From Anolis carolinensis (lineage: Eukaryota), in contig NC_085843.1 of assembly GCF_035594765.1 (NCBI RefSeq), positions 9,873,955-9,937,954 on the forward strand: a stretch of DNA of 64,000 nt, given 5' to 3'. The notes below the pieces were generated by a model. It was given only the letters and a program-made list of their open reading frames with translations. It searched no databases and was not told where the DNA came from. This document shows positions 36,680 to 47,149 of the stretch, in pieces (position 1 is the first letter of the stretch; each line of letters starts with the position of its first letter). The position numbers were made by a program, and so were the translations under genes.

Positions 36680-37380
36680 CTGCCTCTATCTCCCCAAAGG
36701 GACTCGGCAGCTAACATGGGGCCAAGGGCAGATAGTTACAATATAACCATAAAACTACTTTTGTTGCTTTATTAGTTACTTCATAACTGTCATTTTGCTA
36801 CTGTTATGAATCGTAATGTCAATATCTTATATGCAGGATGTATTTTCATTCACTGGACCAAATTTAGCACGAATGCCTGATACACCCACATTTGAATACT
36901 GGTGGGGTTGGGGGGCCGAGGGAGAATGAGTTTGTCATTTAGGGGTTGTAGTTGCTGGGATTTATAGTTCACCTACAATCAACGAGCATTCTGAACTCCA
37001 TCAATGATGGAGTTGAACCAAACTTGTCACACAAGCAACAAAACACCAGAAGGTTTTGGTAGGCAATGACCTTGAGTTTTTGCACTTTGAGTTGAGTTAT
37101 TGCACTTTAGTTTTAATTGCCTTCCCATGTCACCCCTTTCTCCAATTTGGTGGTCCTTTTTATCTCAAAATTTTATGTTCCAAATTGGTTTTTACAGTTA
37201 TTGTATTGCACTTGTATTCATGTCTGATTTTATTGTATTTTACTTATTTGAATATGCTGTTTTATCTGTTTCACTCTGTTTTATTGTTTTCAGGCTTCTC
37301 TCTGTATTAGCTGCCCTGAGTCCTTGCAGGGAGATGGAAGTGGGATAGAAAAATTAAGTTGTTATTATTATTATTTTATT

Positions 37381-38118
37381 ATGACACAGCAAACAAGATA
37401 GATATGCTGGATTTCGTATCACAAAATCACAAGTTGAACACTTCCCAAGTGTCTAGGACTGTGTGATGTATTTTCGGATGATGTGCGCAGATCCCAGCAG
37501 GGTGGCCTTTTGCAGTTGGCAGATCGTAATTTTGTCAATGTTTATTGTTTCCAAATGCCAGCTGAGATCTTTTGGCACGGCACCCAATGTGCCCATCACC
37601 ACCGGGACCACCTGCACTGGTTTCTGCCAGAGTCTTTGAAGTTCAATCTTGAGGTCCTGATAGCGGCTGAGTTTTTCCTGTTGTTTCTCGTCAATGCGAC
37701 TGTCACCTGAGATGGCAACATTAATGATCCAAACCTTTTTCTTTTCCACAACTGTGATGTCTGGCGTGTTGTGTTCCAGAACTTTGTCAGTCTGGATTCG
37801 GAAGTCCCACAGTATCTTTGTGTGCTCATTTTCCAATACTTTTGCAGGTTTGTGATCCCACCAGTTCTTTGCTGCTGGGAGGTGGTACTTGAGGCATAAG
37901 TTCCAATGAATCATTTGGACCACATAGTTGTGCCTCTGTAGTCTGTCTGTGCGATTTTCTTACAGCAGCTGAGGAGATGATCAATGGTTTCGTCAGTTTC
38001 CTTGCACAGTCTGCATTTTGGGTCATCAGCTGATTTTTCGATCTTGGCCTTAATTGCATTTGTTCTGATGGCTTGCTCCTGGGCTGCAATGATCAGATCT
38101 TCTGTCTCCTTCTTCTCC
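37381..38118 (-). mobile_element. R4/Dong 3' fragment
   Basis: CCHC finger plus REL endonuclease; flanked by (ATT)n on both sides. Confidence 0.88.
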
Positions 38119-38122
38119 TGTC

Positions 38123-38164
<42 letters not shown>

Positions 38165-38166
<2 letters not shown>

Positions 38167-38463
38167 GACACTGAGAACTGGAAAGCCCTGGCCCTTGAGC
38201 GCTCTAATTGGAGGTCAGCTGTGACCAACAGTGCTGCAGAATTCGAAGAAGCATGAATGGGGCTTAAGGGAGAAACGTGCCAAGAGGAACGTGCATCAAG
38301 TCAACCCTGATCGGGACCACCTTCCATCTGGAAACCAATGTCCTCACTGTGGAAGAACATGCAGGTCAAGAATAGGTCTCCCCAACCACCTACACGTCCA
38401 CCACCAAAACACTACACTTGGAGGACCATCATCTTCGAGCTATGAGGCATTGCCTAAGTAAGT
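38165..38463 (+). mobile_element. RTE-clade LINE 3' fragment
   Basis: WKALALERSNWRSAV...CPHCGRTCRSRIGL..HLHVH zinc-finger end and a taagtaag tail. Confidence 0.75.
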
Positions 38464-39029
38464 CTATCTGGGTAAAGGTTTTTGAAGTCATCACGCCACC
38501 GTATTAGCATGTCTACACAGCCAAAACAAGTGGACACCAAGTAAATCAACGTTGCACCATGCCACCCTTCTGTGCTTGAGACGTGTTTTAGGATCTGGCA
38601 TTTCAGCCACCTTTGGGAACATTTCTTGTTCCATTTTCAGACAGCCTGCCTAGTGCATGGCCCCGTCTATTATTAACTGGTGTGGCAAGACAGTCTGATT
38701 TTGTAAAGAAGGGGTCAAGGTTCTGTGTACAGTGCAGTTCTATTTTGGGGAGAGATTTCAGTCCGCAAACAAGACCCACACGGCTGCCCACAATGCATGG
38801 ATGGGCAAGGATAAAGGTTGTGCGGTTACATAAGAGGAGGCCAGCCAGGGTGTCTTTGCTTGGCACGGATTCGGATCACGTTCTCTGTGCCTGGGCTTTG
38901 CAGCTGCTTTGCTACATAAGCTGCCACCAAACTAGACCATCAAGTAGAGCTCACTTCTCGTCTTGGAGAAATCCACTCGAAGAGAGCTCTCTTCTTCTCT
39001 TGGGACCACAAATCCTTTTCCTCGCAGCC

Positions 39030-39407
39030 ATGGAAAGTTACTTCTCGGCCGTCCAGAAGATGGAGCAGACGGTGATGTTCCCCAGCCTCCTTCAAGGAGT
39101 CTCCTTCGAAGAGAAGGAGGACGCCTGCGATCCGGACGGCGCCAAAGACTTGTACGAATATTTCACCCAGCTGAAATCCATCAAGCCGATGGTGGAAGGG
39201 GGCTTAGTGCCTTCTGACAACCGCCGGCTGCTTGGTGTTGCTAACCGAGCAAAGGAACCAGAAGACAACGAAGAGCAAGATCTTGAAAGAGTCTTCTATT
39301 ACCACGTCTCAGCCTTGCACCGCATCCTCCAGCAGCTGACCCGGAGAGCCGATGCCGTGACGTCCAAATACAACGAAATTATGAGCGAAATCTCTCTTCG
39401 CTGGTGA
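39030..39407 (+). CDS. THRSP: Spot14/THRSP-family protein, copy 3 (125 aa; same orientation relative to neighbours as human THRSP)
   Basis: MESYFSAVQKMEQTVMFPSLL...DLYEYFTQLKSIK...DLERVFYYHVSALHRILQQLTRRADAVTSKYNE. gccATGG Kozak; donor TTG|gtgagt at 39432/39433. Confidence 0.93.
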   Translation: MESYFSAVQKMEQTVMFPSLLQGVSFEEKEDACDPDGAKDLYEYFTQLKSIKPMVEGGLVPSDNRRLLGVANRAKEPEDNEEQDLERVFYYHVSALHRILQQLTRRADAVTSKYNEIMSEISLRW

Positions 39408-39645
39408 ACCTCAAACCATGGACTGTACCTTGGTGAGTAATATTTAACTGTCAAGGATCAATGCTTCAACTGCTAAGGCTCAATGTTATGGGATCCTGTG
39501 ATTTATAGTTTTGCAAGGTCTTTAGCCTTCTCTGCCTCACCAAACTACAAATCCTAGGATTCCATATCATTGAGTGGTGGTGGTTAAAGTGGTGCTAAAC
39601 TGCTATAATTCTGCAGTGTGGGTGGGATGTTAGATACAAAAGAGA

Positions 39646-39936
39646 TGTGTTGTTGAAGGCTTTCATGGCTGGGATCACAAGGTGGTTGTGTGTTTTCCGG
39701 TCTGTATGGCCATGTTCCAGAAGTATTCTCTCCTGACGTTTCACCCACACCTATGGCAGGAATCCTCAGAGGTTACCACATATATGAAATGACTTACTGG
39801 AAATTAATTTCCTCCCATTATTTTCCGTTTGCATACCTCACAACCACTGAGCATGCCTGCCATAGATGTGGGTGAAACGTCTGGAGAGAATACTTCTGGA
39901 ACATGGCTATACAGCCCAGAAAACACACAACAATCC
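39646..39936. mobile_element. Penelope pLTR hairpin in the THRSP copy 3 intron
   Basis: Inverted arms 39646-39774 and 39835-39936 with a host-derived spacer. Confidence 0.78.
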
Positions 39937-40345
39937 CACAAAAGAGACATAAACCAAATAGTTTTAGAACAAGGCTGGTCCAGGAAATAAGTCTGTAGCC
40001 TTGATCAAACCATCCATTTGGACTACAACTCCCCAAAACTCCTAGCAGCCAGGCATAATAAGGCAAAAAGAACAGTTTTAGGGGAAGCAGATACTGTATA
40101 ACGTGCTAGACTTTGATTTGTTGCTGCTATTGTTTTTAATGGTTTGTGTATTAACTGAGTCTACAATGCCATATAGCTCAATTCAATGCAGTTGGTCTGC
40201 ATTGTGAAACTGCATTATATGGCAGTGTAGATCCAAGCAAATTTTATTAGATAGTTTACTTGATTTTTACCTCCTGTTTACTGTGAATTTTTAACTACAA
40301 TATTTTAATGGCTGTAAGTAGCCTTGAGTCCCCAACCCAAGGGAA

Positions 40346-40399
<54 letters not shown>

Positions 40400-40637
40400 C
40401 TCATTTCCAAATCAAGCTTGAGCCAGGAAACATGCAAAAGGGTTGCTTTCTTTCCAGAATCTCCTCTCAGCATAACTGGGGAAAATTATGTTTGGGAATT
40501 CTGGTTACTTCAATCCTTTTTCTGAACTTTACCTGCTCAAAATGTAATTATTGTATATAAACATTATTGCTTTGTTACCATATCATAGGAAACGATTTAC
40601 TGGAAATTAATTTCCCTCCGTTATTTTCTGTTTGCAG

Positions 40638-41000
40638 ACGAGCCTGATATCCTTCCTTGGGGATCTATTTGAACAGATCTGCAAAGAAATCGCTTGACCG
40701 GACGACATTGAGACATTATGAACTGCTGTCGTTTAACAGCAACATCTCTGAACATTTCAAGCACATGTATTGTGTTATTGTATTCTATTTTATGTGTTAT
40801 TTTATTTTATTTATACCTGTATCTGGGCATATTTGTGCCTCAGTTGGTATTACAACATTGAAATTCCTAATTATTTAAGAGATATTACATTAATATTACT
40901 AAAGAAACATGACAATTTTTTGTATTTCTCAATACGTTTTTCACTCGCTCGATAATTTCAGATAAATACCAATAAATTGCTTATATTTTTTAAACAGTTG
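40638..41000 (+). other. Candidate non-coding 3' exon of THRSP copy 3
   Basis: Acceptor ttattttctgtttgcag ends at 40637; AU-rich body; AATAAA at 40971-40976. Confidence 0.65.
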
Positions 41001-41190
41001 CCACTGTTGTTATTATATGAAGAAGTTGCAAAGTACATTAAAGCACAAACACATAAAAATACTTTGATTTGAGCTAGTAACTGAACTGGCCCAACCAACC
41101 TTAAGCAGCAAAATCTCAGCTATACTCAATTCATGAGCTTCTTAGCTATTTACCCCATTTGTAAAGGAGAGCTGCAGGTACACCATAGTT

Positions 41191-41324
41191 CAGGCATGGG
41201 CAAACTTTGGCCCTCCAGGTGTTTTGGACTACAACTCCCACAATTCCTAACAGCCGGTAGGCTGTTAGGAATTGTGGGAGTTGTCGTCCAAAACACCTGG
41301 AGGGCCAAAGTTTGCCCATGCCTG
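41191..41324. mobile_element. Palindromic hAT MITE (representative copy)
   Basis: Near-perfect 134-bp hairpin CAGGCATGGGCAAACT...; 8-bp TSD ccatagtt. Related copies at ~12531-12673, 20970-21112, 26883-27016, 27953-28581, 31751-31884, 33671-33800, 48838-48959, 51200-51316, 53448-53560 and 55895-56029. Confidence 0.85.
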
Positions 41325-41784
41325 CCATAGTTTATACCATTCCTGACATAATCATCATCACCATCATCATTCAGCTTTTTCTCAGGATTTAATCCCAAAG
41401 TAGCTTGCAACTTTATAAACTGTACAATTAAAAGCATGCCAAAGATCAATATTAGAACTAAATGTTTATGGTAAATTGAAGATGACATGAAAGGCTTCAC
41501 GAAACTAGGAGCTGTGTCCACACTCGTTTCTGGAAATCCAATGGATGTCATAGGGCAGGTTACACACTCTCAACCTTACAGGAAAGAAATAGCAAATCCT
41601 TTCTGAATGAATGCCAAGAATACCCCATGATAGAATCTACCTTAAATCAGAAAGGATTTGAAGGCACACAACATGAACATGTTATGCCATCATGCCATCA
41701 ATGGCTTTCTTCTGGTTGCCAGCAAAATGCATCCATTGATAAGACTATACCTATATATGGAGGCTTGATATAGCTAACATAATA

Positions 41785-42110
41785 AGGTAAAGGTTTCCCC
41801 TGACGTTAAGTCCAGTCATGTCTGAATCTGGGGGTTGGTGCTCATCTCTATTTCGAAGCCAAAGAGCCGGCGTTGTCCATAGACACCTCCAAGGTCATGT
41901 GGCCGGCATGACTGCATGGAGCGCCGTTACCTTCCCGCCGGAGCAGTACCTATTGATCTACTCACATAGGCATGTTTTCGGACTGCTAGGTTGGCAAAAG
42001 CTGGAGCTAACAGCAGGCACTCACTCCACTCCCGGGATTTGAACCTGGGACCTTTCGGTCTGCAAGTTCAGCAGCTCAGCGCTTTAACGCACTTTGCCAC
42101 CAGGGCTTCT
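41785..42110 (-). mobile_element. Sauria SINE (representative copy)
   Basis: tRNA-like head and ACCTTT tail; 15-bp TSD atagctaacataata (41770-41784, 42111-42125). Other copies at ~7509-7765(-), 7797-8111(+), 13781-13985(-), 19897-20250(+), 32719-33040(-) and 34095-34412(-). Confidence 0.88.
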
Positions 42111-42192
42111 ATAGCTAACATAATAGCTACTGACATATTGCTTTTGCCCTGGGAATAATCTTTGAAGCCACTCAAATTACTTGCCATCTCTA

Positions 42193-42585
42193 CCGTGTTT
42201 CCCCGAAAATAAGACAGTGTCTTATATTAATTTTTGCTCCCAAAGATGTGCTAGATCTTATTTTTAGGGGATGTCTTATTTTTCCATGAAGAAGAATTCA
42301 CATTTATTATATACTGTACAGTAGTTGTCATCATAAACCAGCATAACCAGACAAACTGTGAATCCTATCAAGACTTTCATGTTACTACCATTATTTCCAT
42401 GTACAACAATCTATGGTATTTACATTTACTGATCCTGCATGCTCTGATGTTCTGTTTGGTGGGCATGCTTCCAAACAAAAACTTTGCTAGATCTTACTTT
42501 TGGGGGAGACCTTATATTTAGCAATTCAGCAAAATCTCTACTAGGTCTTATTTTCTGGGGATGTCTTATTTTCGGGGAAACAGGG
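42193..42585. mobile_element. Tc2/pogo-like MITE
   Basis: TIR CCGTGTTTCCCCGAAAATAAGAC / GTCTTATTTTCGGGGAAACAGGG flanked by TA. Confidence 0.8.
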
Positions 42586-43189
42586 TAGACCTTGTAGCAG
42601 TGAATACACGAAATATCACATCGTACTATTGCTTTCTTGATATTGCTTTCAACTCCAAATTCAGCAGTGATGGTATAGAAATGCAACCTGGGTATTCCAC
42701 CTCCCATCATCCCCATCAGCCATGCGAGTGGCCTTGTAAAGTTCACTGAAACGGGGAGTGAATCAAGGTGGGGCTACAGGGAAACAACCCATTGGTTCCA
42801 GATTAAAATAGATGCATGAACTTTAAAAGCCTCTTTGGTCTCTACAGAAAGCAGGTGCAAGACAAAAGAGAGATAAAAGTTTTGAAGGATTTTAAAAAGA
42901 CATTCAGGTCACACTGCACTGGGTCTTCAATAGGTTTGTGCCAATCTAAACAAAGATACCCATGAACAACAAGTTTCATGAATAAGGGCGGTCTGTTTGA
43001 ACAGGCAGCTTCTCCGAAACTGCAGCCAGCCAAGTCAGCATTCCCACAGCTGCTCCTGCTTTGGACATTTTAATATTCTTGTTGTTCGGTGTTAGTTTCT
43101 GGATGCTGAAAGTCTTGATGGATCATAGAGGCTTTTAAGCAGAGGCTGGCTCATGGTGGCATTGATGTGGGTGTACATCCACACTGCAT

Positions 43190-44245
43190 TAGAATCATAG
43201 AATCATAGAGTTGGAAGAGACCTATTGGGCCATCCAGTCCAACCACCTGCCAAGAAGCAAGAAAATCACATTCAAAGCATCCCCAACAGACGGCCAGCTA
43301 GCCTCTGCTTAAAAGCCTCCAAAGAGTGTCCACTACACTTTGGGGCAGAGAGTTCTACTGCTGAACAGCTCTGAGTTAGAAAGTTCTTCCTAATGTTCAG
43401 TGGAATCTCCTTTCCTGTAGTTTGAAGCCATTGTTCCACGTCCTAGTCTGCAGGGCAGTGGAAAACAAGCTTGATTTGATTTGAAAATTTGATTCTAATG
43501 AAGATAAATTGTTTATGTATATTAGTACGGCGGCAAGAATAATATATGCGAAGCATTGGAAATCTCAAACTATCCCCACAAAAGAAGAATGGCAGGCAAA
43601 AATGGAAGATATAAGAGATATGGACGAATTAACTTTTTTGCTAAAATCACATAGAGGTCAACCAATAAAAAAGACAAATTGGTCTTTATTCAGAGACTAT
43701 AAGAATAACGAACAATAAATAAACCTTGATATTGAAGCAATAATAAGACTATACTAGACTATAACCAAGACTATAAATGATATAAATTTACAATATATTT
43801 GGTTCCTGTGAGGGAAGAATGGAAGTACAAATCTGTTCACTTTTATCTTTGGTATTTGTATTCTGTGTTTTTCATTTTTTTTCCTTTCCTTTTTCGATTT
43901 TAGGAGATAGATGTTTGTGATATGTGTTGTGAAAAAACTTCAATAAAAATTATTTTAAAAAAGAAAAGAAAACAAGCTTGCTCCCTCCTCCCTATGATTT
44001 CCCCTCACATATTTATACATAGTTCTCATCATGTCTCCTCTCAGCCTTCTCTTCTACAGGCTAAACATGCCCAGCTCTTTAAGCCGCTCTTCATAGGGCT
44101 TGTTCTCTAGACCCTTGATCCTTTGAGTCGCCCTCCTCTGGACACATTTCAGACCCTTCCATTGCAGTGCCCAGAATTGGACACAGTGTGATTCCAGGTG
44201 TGGTCTGACCAAGGCAGAATAGAGAGGTAGTATGACTTCCCTGGA
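43190..44245 (-). mobile_element. CR1 LINE 3' fragment interrupted by L1
   Basis: Minus-strand [11 protein letters not shown]...VQRRAT...YEERLKELG and a (CATAGAAT)n tail. Other CR1 pieces at ~35200-35650, 46012-46240, 49850-50360 and 52705-52945. Confidence 0.85.
43474..43967 (+). mobile_element. L1-clade LINE 3' fragment
   Basis: TAARIIYAKHWK...PTKEEW ORF2 C-terminus, AATAAA, A-rich tail and a 13-bp TSD gaaaacaagcttg (43461-43473, 43968-43980). Confidence 0.8.
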
Positions 44246-44499
44246 TTGAGACACTATACAATGGTTTTCTGTAGTACAGGGCATGATGGGGCCCCTGATC
44301 TCCTTTAAAAATCCCAGAATGTATGTAGCAACTCCATTTATAGTGGTGCAGTACAGGGGAACTTTGCAAACAGTGGTCCAAAAAGATCTCTTTTCTCAAG
44401 CTTTCCCATCTCCTCAGCTATAAAGAATCAGGAAATCATGAAGAGATGTTTTTGGGTGGCTTTGTTTCCAAATTATGATTATCCTAAGGATAATTTATA

Positions 44500-45383
44500 A
44501 TGTTGTTGAAGGCTTTTATGGCCGGGATCACAGGGTTGTTGTATGTTTTCCAGGCTGTATGGCCATGTTCCAGAAGTATTATCTTCTGATGTTTCGCCCA
44601 CATCTATGGCAGGCATCCTCAGAGGTTGTGAGGTATGGAGAAACTAAGCAATGAAGGTTTATATATATCTGTGGAAAGTCCAGGGTGAGAGAACTCTTGT
44701 CAGTTGGAGGCCAGTGCGAATGTTGTAGTTAATCACCTAAATTAGCATTAAATAGCTTCATCTCCTGGCTTCTTCCTGCCTGGGGGCATCCTTTGTTCAG
44801 AGTTGTTAGCTGCCCCTGGTTGATTCATGTCTGGAACTCCTCTGTTTTCAGAGTGTTGCTTCTTATTTACTGTATATTATTTGAGAACACAGAAATGCTC
44901 GACCACTCCAACAACTATTATGTCAGACTACACAGAGAAGCCACTGAAATCCACAAGCATGAATCCAACTTCAACGGAAAGGAGGAAACCATGAAAATGA
45001 ACAAAATCTGGCTACCAGTATTAAAAAACTCAAAAATCAGAACTGTAAATAAGAAGCAACACTCTGAAAACATGAGTTCCAGACATGAATCAACCAAGGG
45101 CAGTTAACGACTCTAAACAAAGGATGCCCCAGAGGCAGGAAGAAGACAGCAGATAAGCTTTTCAATGCTAATTAAGGTGATTAACTACAACATCCACACT
45201 GGCCTCCAACTGACAAGAGTTCTTCTCTCACCCTGGACATTCCACAGATATATGTAAACCTTCCTTGCTTAGTTTCTCCATACCTCACAACCTCTGAGGA
45301 TGCCTGCCATAGATGTGGGTGAAACGTCAGGAGAGAATACTTCTGGAACATGGCCATACAACCTGTAAAACATACAACAACCC
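44500..45383. mobile_element. Penelope fragment with long inverted pLTR arms
   Basis: Minus pLTR 44500-44870, then a plus endonuclease tail (LHREATEIHKHESNFN) and pLTR. Confidence 0.82.
45291..45331 (+). ncRNA. Minimal type-I hammerhead ribozyme motif in a Penelope pseudo-LTR (best-preserved copy)
   Basis: CCU-CUGAGGA-U-GCCUGC-cauagau-GUGGGU-GAAAC-GUC-AGG: catalytic boxes CUGANGA and GAAA, stem II, palindromic ACGU stem III, GUC cleavage triplet, stem I CCU/AGG. Confidence 0.75.
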
Positions 45384-47099
45384 TAGAATTTATAATGGCT
45401 TTTCCGGGGCTGCGAGTTGTGGCTCACAGAGGATCGCTCAAAGGGTTTCCATGGCTGATTGGGAAATTGAACCCTGGTGTCCAGAATCATAACCCAGTTC
45501 TCAAACCACTACACTGGTCTGAGCACTGGGCTGGTTCTCATTTAGAGACCTAGCCCAGTACAAATATCCATTTATCCGAAATTGTGAGGAATTGAATCCA
45601 AGGCACGTTACATATGAAGCACATTCTGTTAGGGTCCAGAGAATTGGAAAAGGAATGAAAAATGAAAGGGTGAAACTTGTCTGGTGGGGCACTATGCACT
45701 TCAACAAGCCAAAATAAATGTTAGTATTCAAGATTGCATTTCCTTTACAGACCTTCTCAAAATGGCACTGTTTTGAGAAAGAATGAGAAGCAAGTGGAGA
45801 TATATGGAATATGTGTGTGGGGCGTATTTTTGCAATAATAAAAAATGGGGCAACAAAAGCAGGATCTAGGGTCCATATATGGTCCAAAAGCCACACTGTG
45901 CTCATCCTTGGATAATCCAACCAACATTTGAGAGATTAAGGTTCAAATCTCTACAGAGCCATGAGTTTTATTGGGAGACGCTGAACTATCTTCTCTCAAT
46001 CCTTCTCTAAAATCATAGAATCCTAGAGTTGGAAGAGACCTCATGGGCCACGAAGTCCAACCCCCTGCCAAAAAGCATGAAAATCACCCTCAAAGCACCC
46101 CCGACAGATGGCCATCTAGCTTCTGTTTAAAAGCCTCCAAAGAAGGAGTCCCCACCACACTCTGGGGCAGAGAGTTCCACTGCTGAACAGCTCTCAAGTG
46201 AGGAAGTTCTTCCTAATGTTCAGGTGGAATCTCCTTTCCTCTCTCTCCTTCCTTTCTCCCTTCTTTTCTTCATGCTGATCAAACCCAGAGGCTGTTGTGA
46301 AAATTAAGTGGGTAATAGAACTACATACATCACTTTTGATCAATTTGAGAGAAAGATGGAAAATAAATGTATCTGACAACTAATATGGCAGACAATTAAA
46401 TGCTTTTAAGAAAGACACAAAGCAGGAAGGTAATAGCCCAATCCCATCATAGCTCCCCAGAAACTAATTAACTTGCAGTGTACAAGGTGGCTACATACAC
46501 ACCTTTTATGTATGTATGTACCACTATTTTTTTTTCTTATTTGTCATCACATCAGTCTCCATTTACAATGAACCCTGAGAATGAGAGATCTCCAAGAGCC
46601 CAGGTAATCAGCAACTTTCCCAGGTCTTGCAAACTCAAGGCTGTAGTTTCCTTGAGTGAATTAATTTATCTACCCACAATGCATTCTTCCACTACTCTTT
46701 TTATCTTACTCAACATTACAATCATCCTGGTATTTCCAAACTACAGCAGCACATTATTGATTTTGGCTCCTTAGAAAATGTCAGGTTGATTGCTTTCTGA
46801 CTCATTTGTTGGTTTTTCTGACAGTGCAAAAACGTATTGTTATAAGAAGCATTTAACATAGCGTCCACTTCAAACCTATTGCCACATCTAGTGGCATTGA
46901 AGTCCATTAATTAACAAAGTCTAACTTGAGAAATCTGCATCTCCCCCTCAAACCCAAGATATTAAAAACAGATTTTATTTATTCATAGTTTATTTGTTAA
47001 GATTAGTCCTTTAGATCAGATTTTCTGTCCGAAATGCTGACATACATTCAACGCAAGTCTGCACACATAAGAGACACACTGTAGCTGTTTGCAAAGTCT

Positions 47100-47149
47100 T
47101 CAACGAATTGGACGAAAATTCTCCAGGACTTCTGCCATGGTTTTCTTAT
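47100..47149 (-). CDS. NDUFC2: NDUFC2 exon 3 (C-terminus)
   Basis: (D)KKTMAEVLENFRPIR* after a ttttgatag acceptor. The three exons give 113 aa. AATAAA at 46974-46979 (minus). Confidence 0.93.

Larger units (their letters stand above)
35938..36850 (-). mobile_element. SPIN-type hAT derivative, interrupted at 36000-36745
   Basis: ctcaaccttcctaatgcc...catgttgtggtgaccc and aaccataaaa...cataactgtcattttgctactgttatgaatcgtaatg match the recalled SPIN MITE sequence in collinear order. Confidence 0.72.

Noticed and set aside
38613-39029. Long N-terminal extensions of THRSP ORFs in the track (264-aa and 181-aa versions)
   Set aside because: They begin at TTG/GTG or at an ATG upstream of the likely promoter, run through promoter sequence and show no family similarity. 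The Kozak ATGs at 39030 and 17429 fit better.
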